A stretch of 64,000 nucleotides of DNA from a virus. The DNA lies in IMG/VR virus record IMGVR_UViG_3300031251_000002, positions 32,001-96,000 of that record; one strand, written 5' to 3'. The translations under genes were made by a program, and so were the position numbers. Of the stretch, positions 10,713 to 21,653 are shown in pieces (positions within the stretch are counted from its first letter, which is position 1; the number at the start of each line of letters is the position of its first letter). A model generated the notes under the pieces. It ran no database searches, was not told the DNA's origin, and was given only the letters and a program-made list of their open reading frames with translations.

Positions 10713-11452
10713 AGTTGAAGGGCTTAGGGTGGCTCCTGTGCGCGGCTCTTGCCGTGACAGGGCCGCTCTTTGCCCAGACTCCGACACCCACCAATCCGCC
10801 ACCTACGGTCTGCTGGACTTGGACGCCTACCCCGACCAATACCCCGACCCCAACGGCAACCCCGACTAGGACTCCGACACCGACTCCCACGCCGCTTACC
10901 GGCCCGGAAACGGGCTTTGACATGGGGAACGTGGGGGTTGGCGGCTTTGACTCCTTCAACGGCCATGTCTGGTCCGTTTCAGGCGGTGGGGCGGATATTG
11001 GGGGAACAGCCGATGCGGGACGTATCCTGCCCATCACCATCGCCTCACAGGGGTACGTAATTGCTCACATTGCCTCTCAGACGCCATTTGAGGCCGGGGC
11101 CAAGGCTGGAATCATGGTTCGTGACTCCTTGGATCCTAGCGCCCCCAGCGTCTTTATCGGCTACAGCATCGGGACTGGGATCATCAGCATTCACCGGACG
11201 ACTCAAGGCGGTCCAACCACGACTGACTACAGCGCTTCTGGACCGACGACAACATGGCTGCTCATCTCCCGAGCGGGGACGCGCTTCCAGACTTGGAGAT
11301 CGGCTGATCGGCAGTCGTGGGTTCTGGTCAGCACGGTAACCATCAGCATGTCCAACTCGGCTCAGGCGGGGGTCATCGTTTCCTCGCATGATCTCGCCCA
11401 GCTTTCCACCGTCATCTTCGATACCTTCAAGGTAGTTTCTACCATCCCCTAA
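10709..11452 (+). CDS. Secreted Pro/Thr-rich protein with concanavalin-like (DUF1349-type) domain
   Basis: Signal peptide ending LFA-Q; GGGADIGGTAD...AKAGIMVRDSL...WL.ISRAG..F....SAD..W...G..VSSH. Confidence 0.75.
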   Translation: MKLKGLGWLLCAALAVTGPLFAQTPTPTNPPPTVCWTWTPTPTNTPTPTATPTRTPTPTPTPLTGPETGFDMGNVGVGGFDSFNGHVWSVSGGGADIGGTADAGRILPITIASQGYVIAHIASQTPFEAGAKAGIMVRDSLDPSAPSVFIGYSIGTGIISIHRTTQGGPTTTDYSASGPTTTWLLISRAGTRFQTWRSADRQSWVLVSTVTISMSNSAQAGVIVSSHDLAQLSTVIFDTFKVVSTIP

Positions 11453-11476
11453 AATTTGTGGTAACATCGTTCCGCT

Positions 11477-11761
11477 ATGAAAATATGGCTGGATGATCTG
11501 CGACCGGCCCCCAAGGGGTGGCTGTGGTGCAAGTCCGTTACCGAGGCACAGATTGCTCTGCGTAGCGGGGCAGTCGAGAACTTGTCTCTGGATCACGACT
11601 TGGGTAACCAAGACGATGGGGACGGGATCAAGCTCGTTCTCTGGCTCTGCGAGGCGGAGAAGTTCTGGCCTCGTTCCCGCCCGACCGTTCACAGCCGCAA
11701 TCCCGTAGGCCGCGAGAACATGCTTGCTTTGATCCAGAGGTACGGGCCGTATGAAGAGTAA
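11477..11761 (+). CDS. Cyclic-phosphate-processing receiver-domain protein
   Basis: IWLDDLRPAP.GW...LSLDHDLG...DG...WL...VHSRNPVGRENM. Confidence 0.85.
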   Translation: MKIWLDDLRPAPKGWLWCKSVTEAQIALRSGAVENLSLDHDLGNQDDGDGIKLVLWLCEAEKFWPRSRPTVHSRNPVGRENMLALIQRYGPYEE

Positions 11762-12125
11762 GAGGGTGTCCCCTAAGCCGAGGGAGTGGTGGGCGTACGA
11801 CAGCGGGCTTACGGATTCGGGACAAGTCTTGATGGGGTTCGCTATCCGAAACAGTCCGTGGAACGGAGATGTGCCGCGCATCCGCGTCCGCGAAGTCCTC
11901 CCCCGGAAGAAGGGGAAAAAGAAGTGATGTTCTGGAAGAGCAAGAAATCACCCCTACGGCTATACCCGTTCATCAAGGACCACCTCTGTCCTAAGTGCAA
12001 TCGGAACCTCCTAACGGGTGGGATTCATCGAACGTTCGATGATCAGGAATACCTGTGGCGTCTATGTTACGGGTGTGATGCGCGGATCTCTACAGAGGTC
12101 TGTCGTCCCGTACCGGAGGTTAAAG

Positions 12126-12434
12126 ATGCGTAAGCTGTCCGAGGTGGAGCGCAGGATCCTTCGCCGGATGCGGGCGCACCTGAAGAGTCTGGAGCGCTTT
12201 CCCCGCGATGGTGATTGGCAGAAGGGCTGGCGTACTGGGTTTACGGCAGCTATGAGTATGGTCGAGTTCGGAACTGCTGGGGCAACGGTTGTAGAAAGGA
12301 GAAAGTCCGTCGCTAAAGGACGAAGGATTTTCAAGCAGGTAATGCGGAGCATCATGAAAAGGGAAAAGGAAAAGGCTGAAAAGGAACGTAACGAAAGGCG
12401 TAACGATGTACAAGAGCAGGGAGCTTCAACGTAG
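12126..12434 (+). CDS. Basic hypothetical protein
   Basis: ATG after GGAGG; Arg/Lys-rich. Confidence 0.5.
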   Translation: MRKLSEVERRILRRMRAHLKSLERFPRDGDWQKGWRTGFTAAMSMVEFGTAGATVVERRKSVAKGRRIFKQVMRSIMKREKEKAEKERNERRNDVQEQGAST

Positions 12435-12606
12435 GCTAACAATGGCCGGATTCACTCTCGATCCCCGGTCGAAGCACATAAAGGTGTTTCAGGGTAATCT
12501 GTTGGTAACGATTCTCACCAAGAATGACTCGCCGGATCCCCACGCGGTCAAGAATACGATCTCATTGATACGCCGGAAGACCGGCATTGACATCAGGAAG
12601 TTTTGA
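12406..12606 (+). CDS. HicA-like small RNA-binding/RNase protein
   Basis: 66 aa; helix-GF-...SKHIKV...D.HAVKN.IS.IRR pattern. Confidence 0.55.
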   Translation: MYKSRELQRRLTMAGFTLDPRSKHIKVFQGNLLVTILTKNDSPDPHAVKNTISLIRRKTGIDIRKF

Positions 12607-13319
12607 TGGACACGGTGCGAGACAAGGATCTCAACGAAGAGGTCACGTTGGAGGATTGGTTTGCCGCCCAGCCAGCCAAGCAGCGGTGGCGGTGGGATCT
12701 GACGACTCCGTACGCGGCCTCGATGGAAGCGTGGGACGCGATCAAGGACTGGCAGAAAAAGCAATATCCGATTCGCCATTTTTTTCAGTCCAAGGCTCGT
12801 ATTTTCTTTTTCAGAAAATATCGGCAGTGGATCAAAGATCCGTGGTACTACTTCACCTGCATGGTCTGGAAGCGCTACAACCGCATTCACGTTAAATCTC
12901 TCCCGCCAACTTGGGTAGATCCATGCACCCTCCTTCCTCATGCAGTCTTCACCATTCTCGCTGATCACATCGAGCAGGGCGAAGGTGGACGCGAGAAGTT
13001 CGCCGCGTACACGAAGGATGTTGAGAAGTGGCTGGAGACTGCCAGCGCTAACCCCCAGTTCCCCGGTGAGGTTGCTTCATTGACCAAGCAGCTTTACGCC
13101 ATGACGACTCAGCTTGAGGTCTACGATTACTGGCAGGACCGGAAGCGCTACTTTGAAGCGGAAGATTACAACACGATCAAGGGCAAGGCTGACTTTGCCA
13201 CAAAGGGGGAGTACGACAAATACTTGCGCTGGTACTGGAAGGAAGAGAAGCGGCTTAACAAGCTTGAGGAAGACATGCTGATTAAGCTGATCAAGGTAAG
13301 ACGAAGCCTATGGACTTAG
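12603..13319 (+). CDS. Hypothetical phage protein
   Basis: 238-aa ORF, aromatic-rich, C-terminal LIKVRRSLWT. Confidence 0.7.
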   Translation: MMDTVRDKDLNEEVTLEDWFAAQPAKQRWRWDLTTPYAASMEAWDAIKDWQKKQYPIRHFFQSKARIFFFRKYRQWIKDPWYYFTCMVWKRYNRIHVKSLPPTWVDPCTLLPHAVFTILADHIEQGEGGREKFAAYTKDVEKWLETASANPQFPGEVASLTKQLYAMTTQLEVYDYWQDRKRYFEAEDYNTIKGKADFATKGEYDKYLRWYWKEEKRLNKLEEDMLIKLIKVRRSLWT

Positions 13320-13749
13320 GGGGGCTATGTTCACGATTCGCTTTTACACCAAGGACGGCAAGGCCGTTTACATGCAGTGTGATTCATCTGGTTTTGTTGA
13401 GACCCTCCAAGGAGAACCCGCCTTCACAGTTTGCGTTGAGATTACCGGAGGTGAATTCCTCCGTTTGAATCGTTTCAAGAAGAAGCCTCCCATTACCGGT
13501 CGGAGAGGCGTCATGGGGCGACGGACAAAGGCAAAGGCTACCGGCCAGATTGGATGCTGATATGAGTGAGATTGTTACTTGCCCCCAGTGTGGCAAGGAG
13601 TGGGAAAAGAAGTTCGGCCAGTCAAGCTACTACGATGATCGCATGACCAAGAGCTATTGCGCCGAGTGCCGCGAGGAGTACAACGCTGAATGCGAGCGTC
13701 TGGCTGAGGAGCGCGAGGTCGAGCGCGAGCAGTGGCGCAGGGAGAGGGA

Positions 13750-14043
13750 ATGAAGCCTGTTGCCAAGATGACGCTGCCTGAACTGGCTGAGATCATTGCA
13801 AAGAAGCACAGACTGTCTGATGGTGAGGCAAAGGCTATTCTCCAATCTACGTTTGGTGTGATAGTCAGAAACGTGAAACGTGGCCGAAGGGTTCAAGTCC
13901 CGAAGGTTGGGTTGTTTTACCTGCACCATCATCGTCGTTCTGTAAGAACTGGTAACCTGCCGGGACACGCTGGGAAGTCGTTTGTGGTTCCGGGACACCC
14001 GCACATCAAGTTCCGTATGAGTGACTGGCTGAGGGGGAAGTGA
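13750..14043 (+). CDS. HU/IHF family DNA-binding protein
   Basis: MTLPELAEIIA...G.RVQVPKVGLF...R..R...PG..GKSFVVPG...KFRMS. Confidence 0.85.
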   Translation: MKPVAKMTLPELAEIIAKKHRLSDGEAKAILQSTFGVIVRNVKRGRRVQVPKVGLFYLHHHRRSVRTGNLPGHAGKSFVVPGHPHIKFRMSDWLRGK

Positions 14044-14242
14044 TGTTCGGCTATCAGGGCATCCTTCACGAACCCGTTACTACCAAGCATTGCGCCACCT
14101 GCAATGGGCCATTGATCCAGAAGTGGATCTTCACCGAGACCGGGAATTCGTTCAGGTCGAGCAGCGTCTACCAGCACAAGTTGAGAGACTGCGTGATAGA
14201 GCTTGCTGAGCAGGTGGCGAAGCTGGAAGCGAAAGGGAAGAA

Positions 14243-14515
14243 GTGATGGATATCGAAGGCGGGATTCTTTTGTTCATCGCTGTCATCATCGCCCTCATTG
14301 TCTGGCGCATTGTGGTTATGGTCCGCAAGACGGGGCGGATGGAAGCTGCGTGTCCCTTCCAGCCGGGAACGACGGTGCGTCACAAGTCTGGTGGCTTCAG
14401 CCCGAACATGACGGTGTATCTTCTTCAGGGTTCCTTGGTATGGTGTCGCTGGTATGCTGATGGATTCTCTGCGAATCACTTCTATGCGGAGGAGTTGAAG
14501 AAGGTTGATGATTGA
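14243..14515 (+). CDS. Membrane-anchored DUF2158/YodC-like protein
   Basis: N-terminal TM helix then FQPG..V.HKSGG..P.MTV....V.C.WY. Confidence 0.65.
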   Translation: MMDIEGGILLFIAVIIALIVWRIVVMVRKTGRMEAACPFQPGTTVRHKSGGFSPNMTVYLLQGSLVWCRWYADGFSANHFYAEELKKVDD

Positions 14516-14540
14516 CGTAACATGTTACTTGTGCTATACT
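14512..14540 (+). promoter_or_regulatory. Sigma70-type promoter with a palindrome in the spacer
   Basis: TTGACG-17 nt-TATACT with extended -10 TG; GTAACATGTTAC palindrome at 14517-14528; GGAGGTG RBS follows. Confidence 0.75.
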
Positions 14541-14556
14541 TCGTACTGGAGGTGAC

Positions 14557-14742
14557 ATGAAGTCACGCATTGAGACAAGGCTCCGGTATCAGAAGTGGCC
14601 TCTCGTAGTCGAGATCAGCGAAGGAGGAGTCCGGGTGCTTCAGAAGGGTCGGAAGAATCAGAACCACCCGGAGCAGTTCATGTCATGGGACATGATCGCC
14701 AAGCGCGTCTTCCCCGGCGCGGTGGAGGGCCGGGATGCCTAA
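14557..14742 (+). CDS. Small hypothetical protein, first gene behind the sigma70 promoter
   Basis: Strong RBS, 61 aa. Confidence 0.65.
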   Translation: MKSRIETRLRYQKWPLVVEISEGGVRVLQKGRKNQNHPEQFMSWDMIAKRVFPGAVEGRDA

Positions 14743-15481
14743 GAGAAAGAAGCCTCTGACGGAGGCCCAGATCATCGCGGCTCTCAAGGCCCGCGAGCAG
14801 GACTGGGAGCAAGAGGCGGTGATCGAAGCGGCGATGAAGAGCATTGGATTGACGATGGTGGACGACGAGGACGCTGATCTGATTCGGAGGATTGCCCGTC
14901 CCGGCCTCGATGGTTTCATGGCATTGGTAACCTTAGCAAAACCGCCGGAAAAGTAGGAGATTTCAATGCCCAACCAGTCCGTGCTGGATTCTTTCTGTGA
15001 GGAGCTTGAGTCCCTTATTGACGAGCATAGGGTTGGTGAGGCGTTACCGGTTCCAGCTACAAAGACTCGCTTCCACACCGAGTGGGTCAAGTGCGCTGGT
15101 TGTACCAAGACCTATACCTTGATGTTGAACGTCGAAGACGCCGACTTCGTACCCGAGGGCGGTGGGGCAATCGTTTTGTTGTGCGTACATTGCAGGGATG
15201 GATATGGCCGGGGCTAAAAAAGAACTGCGGGTAATCTTCCAGTACCTGAAAGAAGATGGCATGGCGGAAGCTGTGGGCGATCTTGTTAGCCTTGTCCGGA
15301 CACAGGGGCTGGAGTCCTTTGACATCGTAGAGATCAGCGTGGATCGTCTCAATTCGTTTTCCGTTCCGGATTCCAACGTGGCGTTTGAGAAGCTGTTCGC
15401 TGGCGCGACCAACGAGTGCTTCGGTTGCCACCGGGAGATCGGGCGGTCGCATGCCGACGGGTGTCCGGTGGTGGGGAAGAG

Positions 15482-15919
15482 TTGAAGTTCCTGACCAAGT
15501 TCTTCTACGGCAGTCTGGACGGCCTACACCATAGCCGCTGTGATCAGTGTAACGAGAAGGGCGGCTTGTGGCGTGGGCGCGTTGGCGCTCCTGAGCTACG
15601 TGGCAAGCGCTTCCATGACTGGCGTCCTGAGCAAGAGCATGCCTGTACGTGGGACGGCGAAGACCCCAAGGATCCTGTCGAGCATGTCGTTGTCATTCAC
15701 CCAGAGCTACTCCGTCACAAGACTCTCATGGCAGATTGCGTCATCCACGAATGGTTCCATGTGATCGACCATACCGAGCGCTGCCGGGACACGCCGGGGT
15801 GGTATCTGCCCCATTCGGTAATCACCCGGCTAGCCACGGCCTTCGCCAAGTTCCTAGCTGAAAACAACCTAGAGATAGTCCAACACAAGATCGTGAAAGC
15901 GGAGCCAGAAGATGTGTAG
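15482..15919 (+). CDS. Putative zincin-like (HExxH) protein
   Basis: TTG start overlapping upstream stop; IHEWFHVI motif. Confidence 0.5.
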   Translation: MKFLTKFFYGSLDGLHHSRCDQCNEKGGLWRGRVGAPELRGKRFHDWRPEQEHACTWDGEDPKDPVEHVVVIHPELLRHKTLMADCVIHEWFHVIDHTERCRDTPGWYLPHSVITRLATAFAKFLAENNLEIVQHKIVKAEPEDV

Positions 15920-16244
15920 CCAGTTTTGGACTATCGAGTTCACCGTACCCTGCCCGGTCTGTCACCAGACGCAGATTTTCCAAGCCCAGACTCATGCCTT
16001 CGGGGAGATTGGAAGCTGTACCAACTACTACAAGACGGGCGATCTCGTAGAAGAGCTTGTGGGTAACCCAGAAGACGTTTTGCAGATAGACGACTTTGTG
16101 GTAACCTGCAAGGCTTGCAACACATGGTTGATGGCCGGTGCCGTCTTTGAGAACGGTCGGTTCATGGGGATCTACGAGTTCGGGATAGACAAGGGGATTG
16201 GTGATGCCGACAAGTGGGATGAGGGTTCTGACGATGGGGAGTGA
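15912..16244 (+). CDS. Zinc-ribbon hypothetical protein
   Basis: CPVC ... CKAC. Confidence 0.55.
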   Translation: MCSQFWTIEFTVPCPVCHQTQIFQAQTHAFGEIGSCTNYYKTGDLVEELVGNPEDVLQIDDFVVTCKACNTWLMAGAVFENGRFMGIYEFGIDKGIGDADKWDEGSDDGE

Positions 16245-16997
16245 GTTCACCCCGCCGGGATACGTGCGGAAGCTGTTCTGCCTCCCTTGCGCGGCTGGTG
16301 AGCATGATCTGAAGTACCACGGTGAGCTTGGTTGCTTGCGGGTAACCGATGCGATTCCGATGGACTGGCCCTGCAAGTGCGAGGAACGAAACTACGCCCG
16401 CAAGACGCAGAGGAGGATCATATGAACGAGGATCTCCCGCCCCCGGAAGGACGCGACGAATCTGATATCGAGTTCAGCGAAGGCGATATCATTGATGCGT
16501 ACGAAGCCTCCGCGCTGAAGGCCGTCCAGAAGGCAGCGTTCCTTCTTGGCCTCCTGCGGCGTATCTCTACGATCCTTGAGCCGACTGCCCAGTTGGCCAT
16601 GAACGCGGCTGCTCACGCTCCCGGCTGCTTGGCTGTTCCGGAGGATGGCGATGTGGTCGCTCCTGACAAGTGCATCTGCACCCTGCGCCCCATCCTTCAG
16701 GCATACCGTGAGTCTACTCAAGTCAGTCAGAGTCCCACAGCGACGAACGTTTTGATGTCAGAAGAGTGAAGACTTTTCTCAAGGTCTGGCTGGGCGTCAT
16801 CGGGATCTGCTTGATTTTCCTTGGTGGCCTTGCCCTGCTGAACGTGATCTTCATCTTCTTTCATCGTTGGGGCGAGAAAGGCGATACGGTCTTCCTCTTC
16901 CTATGCGGGACGGCCTTTGTCGCATGGGTGGTTAGTTCGTTTATTGATTGAGAGGGGGCGATAAGTCGAACAGAAATGTGGAGCGGTGTAACAGTAA

Positions 16998-18215
<1,218 letters not shown>

Positions 18216-18260
18216 GCGTAAACTCGCGTTGCTTTTCCCGTAAGTGGGTCGAATTTTTTA

Positions 18261-18297
18261 GGGGTGGCCTACCTCCGTGGGTCACCCCACTTTTTTT
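18261..18297 (+). terminator. Intrinsic terminator
   Basis: GGGGTGGCCTAC/GTGGGTCACCCC stem followed by T7. Confidence 0.75.
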
Positions 18298-18556
18298 GGG
18301 GTGCGTTAATGAAAGTCATTGATGTCAACGGCTGCGATTGCGTCGAGCATCTCCGGATGCGGGCTATCGAGACTCAGGGCATTCTGATTGGGATGCACTA
18401 CGCGCTGAGCCTGACGAAAGACGAGTCCCGGTATGCGTATCTGAATGATGATGTCATTAACGAGATCCGCGCTTCACTGGAGACGGAGCATTCCGAGCCG
18501 CCTGTCCGTCTGAAACTTGTTGACTCCCCCGAGGCTCAGAAGGACAATAAACTCAA

Positions 18557-19000
18557 ATGAATCGCCCTCGCGTTTATCTCGCAGGACCGATAGACGGCTA
18601 TGCGTTGACTGAGGTTTCGGCGTGGCGGGATTATGCCCGCCATCAGTTCGATCAGGCTGAGATCGACGCTTACTCGCCGGTTCGCTTTGAGGATCCCAAG
18701 ACGACGCCCGCCTTTGTGGTCAAGGCATTCACCGCACCGGCTGGAATCGTGGCCAAGGATCGGCATTACCTCTCGACCTGCGATCTCGTCCTGATGAATC
18801 TCAAGGGTGCGAAACATGTTAGCAAAGGCAGCATGATTGAGGTAGGATGGGCCGATGCGTGGCGTAAGCCCCTTGTGACCGTGATAGACGAGGGCAACGT
18901 CCACCTACCCAATCCGATGTTGGAGAAGATGATCGAGGAGTTCCGGGTCAGCGATCTGGACGAGGGCATCGAGATTGCGATCAGGCTACTCCTGCCGTGA
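18557..19000 (+). CDS. Nucleoside 2-deoxyribosyltransferase-like protein
   Basis: VYLAGPI...WR...YSP...D...L..CDLVL...SKGSMIEVGWA....KP. Confidence 0.85.
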   Translation: MNRPRVYLAGPIDGYALTEVSAWRDYARHQFDQAEIDAYSPVRFEDPKTTPAFVVKAFTAPAGIVAKDRHYLSTCDLVLMNLKGAKHVSKGSMIEVGWADAWRKPLVTVIDEGNVHLPNPMLEKMIEEFRVSDLDEGIEIAIRLLLP

Positions 19001-19244
19001 AGATGCGACAGGTTGACGGTTACAACACCAGCACTCGTTTTTGCCTCTGCGGAGATTCCTTTACGTGGGAAGGTCCGAGTTCTGAGTTGACGACATGGAT
19101 GGCCGTCCATGAGTCTCACGCAACCCCGGCTTTAGTCTGCCCAGCGTGTGGCGCGGCCTTGGACATCCGGTCTTGCAAAAAGGTTTGCACTAACCGGCCA
19201 AGTTGTGGATACTTTGAAAGCTGCAATGAATTCTGAGGTAACCA

Positions 19245-19622
19245 ATGTCTTTTGACCCGCACACCAAGGTAATCGTGTCCGTTCAAGATGTCTTTGGACA
19301 GGCGTCCTGTGAAGACCATCCGATTAACTGTGTAACCGAAGCTGAGGTTGCGAACGCTGAAACCCTGTTCTCTGCTTTCCGGTGCCTCTGCACTGGATGG
19401 GGTCAGAACTGCGAGAGTTGGTGTGATACCGAGTCCTTCGCTGTCGCCAAGCTTCAGGATGGCCGCTTCTTGGTAGTCTGGGAAAACGCCGACTCTAGCG
19501 GCCATGGTTGCCAGTGTGATGGTGGGGCTGGCGTTTACTCGACGCTGAAGGATGCCGTCAGGCTTGGACTGGGCACGGATCAGCGCAAGCTTTTCGAGGA
19601 GCAGTCGTGCCTAGGATCGTAG
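19245..19622 (+). CDS. Hypothetical protein
   Basis: GAGGT RBS; 125-aa ORF. Confidence 0.6.
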   Translation: MSFDPHTKVIVSVQDVFGQASCEDHPINCVTEAEVANAETLFSAFRCLCTGWGQNCESWCDTESFAVAKLQDGRFLVVWENADSSGHGCQCDGGAGVYSTLKDAVRLGLGTDQRKLFEEQSCLGS

Positions 19623-20245
19623 CGATCAGCGATACGCACTGCCAGATGGGGAAGGTGAAACTCCCCGATGGGGACATCCTCATCCACGCGGGCGATCTGA
19701 CGAACCGTGGTTCAATTCGTGAGACTTCGATGGAGATGACGATCCTGAATCAGCTTGCGGACCGGTTCAAGCATGTCATCTACGTAGCAGGTAACCACGA
19801 CTGGCTTCCGTACATGGATCGTAACGTGGCTAGCTCCCTACTTGGTCGAGTCCAGTACCTTGAGGATTCGATGATCGAAGTCGAGGGGTTGAGGATCTAC
19901 GGTTCGCCTTGGACGCCGCTGTTCATGGACTGGGCCTTCATGCTGCCCCGGCAGGGAGAGGCGATCCGCGCCAAGTGGGACAAGATTCCTGATGGTGTAG
20001 ACGTTTTGGTAACACATGGGCCAGCGTACGGGATCCTTGATCAGAACCCGCAGGGGTTTGCGGTTGGCTGCGAGCAGTTGACCTCGGCTCTTTCAGTCAT
20101 GGCAGTTCCGCCCAAGCATCACATCTTTGGCCACATTCACGATTCGTATGGGACGCACGTAGGCGAGAAGACGAAGAGTTACAATGTCGCGGTTTGCAAC
20201 GAGCGATACCAGCCGTTGAACAAGCCGACTGTCATCGAGGTATAG
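19607..20245 (+). CDS. Calcineurin-like metallophosphoesterase (MPPED/239FB-like)
   Basis: ISDTH, IHAGDLT, AGNHD, IYGSPWTP, LVTHGP, HIFGHIH. Confidence 0.93.
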   Translation: MPRIVAISDTHCQMGKVKLPDGDILIHAGDLTNRGSIRETSMEMTILNQLADRFKHVIYVAGNHDWLPYMDRNVASSLLGRVQYLEDSMIEVEGLRIYGSPWTPLFMDWAFMLPRQGEAIRAKWDKIPDGVDVLVTHGPAYGILDQNPQGFAVGCEQLTSALSVMAVPPKHHIFGHIHDSYGTHVGEKTKSYNVAVCNERYQPLNKPTVIEV

Positions 20246-20500
20246 ATGCTGCCTGTCAACATCAACACTGAAGAAGCTTTCGATACTGTCGAGTTCAACG
20301 AAGAGTCCAAGCGGATATCAGGGAAGATCGTAGATGCAGCCAAATACTTCACGATGATTATCAACTCCAACCTCTACAATTGCGCTGAGAAGACGCTGAC
20401 AATCCGCAAGGTTCAGGAGGCAGTCTTCTGGGCCAATGCAACGATCAAGGCGAATCAGGTAAAGCGGAAAGAGAAGCACGTTCTGGTGGAGGAGAAGTGA
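20246..20500 (+). CDS. Acb2/Tad1-like helical hairpin protein (candidate cyclic-nucleotide sponge)
   Basis: F...I.DAAKYF..II...AEKTLTIRKVQEAVFWANATI resembles the EKSLAxxKLEEAxMWANAAI family pattern. Confidence 0.65.
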   Translation: MLPVNINTEEAFDTVEFNEESKRISGKIVDAAKYFTMIINSNLYNCAEKTLTIRKVQEAVFWANATIKANQVKRKEKHVLVEEK

Positions 20501-20733
20501 AGCTGTCAGCCAGCCATAAGAAGGTTCTACACCACTTGGCGCTTCGGTTCCCAGCAACAGTATCCCCGGCTTCGATAGGTGCAGAGGTTAACGGTGAGGG
20601 CGCGAAGTGGGCCGCTCCGATTTGCGCCAAGCTGAACGAGAAGAAACTGATCGACCGTAACGAACTCGGCCACTATAGGATTAACGACGATGGGATCGCA
20701 GCGTTACGGGAGACGATGGGTGATAAGGATTAG
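20497..20733 (+). CDS. Small winged-helix-like protein
   Basis: LS...KKVL..L...SPASIG...L.EKKLIDR..GHYRI..G. Confidence 0.55.
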   Translation: MKLSASHKKVLHHLALRFPATVSPASIGAEVNGEGAKWAAPICAKLNEKKLIDRNELGHYRINDDGIAALRETMGDKD

Positions 20734-21125
20734 CCTTCTGACTTTGACATTGGCTGGTCTGTGGTTGTTGCAGAGAAGCAATGCACGGTGGGTATCGCGT
20801 GTTACTTCTGACTACGGTCCAGATACATGGGGCGTATGAAAGGAAGTATGAATACTGAAGAGTTTCTCAAGTTCATCGAGAACAAGCAGCAGACTGAGGA
20901 TTGCATTTACTCCAACTTCGACCATTGCTTTGACTCAACAATGGTGGAGCAGGTGGAGAAAGGCGCATACGCCCAGCATGCGGCGTACAACTTCTGTGGC
21001 TACGTCTGGAAGGACAACGAAGGTTGGCATGAGGCCCAGATGGTGTACGGCAGTGTTGTTCGTATCCTGCATGCCGCGACGGCAGAGGCGGTAATCAAAG
21101 AAGCGAATGAGTGCGGGGGCACGGA

Positions 21126-21449
21126 TTGAAAAAGATTCTGACAGTCTGTGAGGGGGGTAACGTTCGATCCGTTGGCTTGGCGTACGCGCTGAAGTCCAAC
21201 GGTCAGGACGCGGTAGCGGCTAGCTGGCGCTTCAACACCAAAGAGACACTGGCCATGCTGTACCGATGGGCTGACTTCATCGTGGTCATGCAGCCCGAGA
21301 TGATGGAGCATATTCCGAATCGCTATAAGCCCAAGCTCCGCTGCATAGACGTTGGTCCGGATCGCTTCGGGTCTGCCTTCCACCCGGAGTTGCAGGGGAT
21401 CTTTCAGGCGCACATGCTGGACTGGCAAGCCCGAGACTTTGAGCTATGA
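21126..21449 (+). CDS. Low-molecular-weight protein-tyrosine-phosphatase-like protein
   Basis: KILTVCEGGNVRS P-loop (CX5R), WADFIVVM. Confidence 0.8.
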   Translation: MKKILTVCEGGNVRSVGLAYALKSNGQDAVAASWRFNTKETLAMLYRWADFIVVMQPEMMEHIPNRYKPKLRCIDVGPDRFGSAFHPELQGIFQAHMLDWQARDFEL

Positions 21450-21653
21450 CGAAATTTCAGGAAGCTGAGGCTCGCTGGAATCGTGTTACCGAGGAAGCTC
21501 TAGCGAAGCGGAAAGCAATGTTCTTGGCCGGGGTTTCTTTTGAGCTAGTTCAGGCCGAGTGGAAGCGAACCATCCCAGCGGAGTTGGATCTCTGGTTGTC
21601 GGCGTTGGCTGAAGAGAATCCATGGATGGCTCCCGCGCTGACTTGGAGGCCAG

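Noticed and set aside
9801-10802. Long Arg/Gly/Val-rich minus-strand ORFs (also 17052-18146, 28002-29120, 38825-39493, 50958-51746)
   Set aside because: Antisense shadows of repetitive or GC-biased plus-strand genes.
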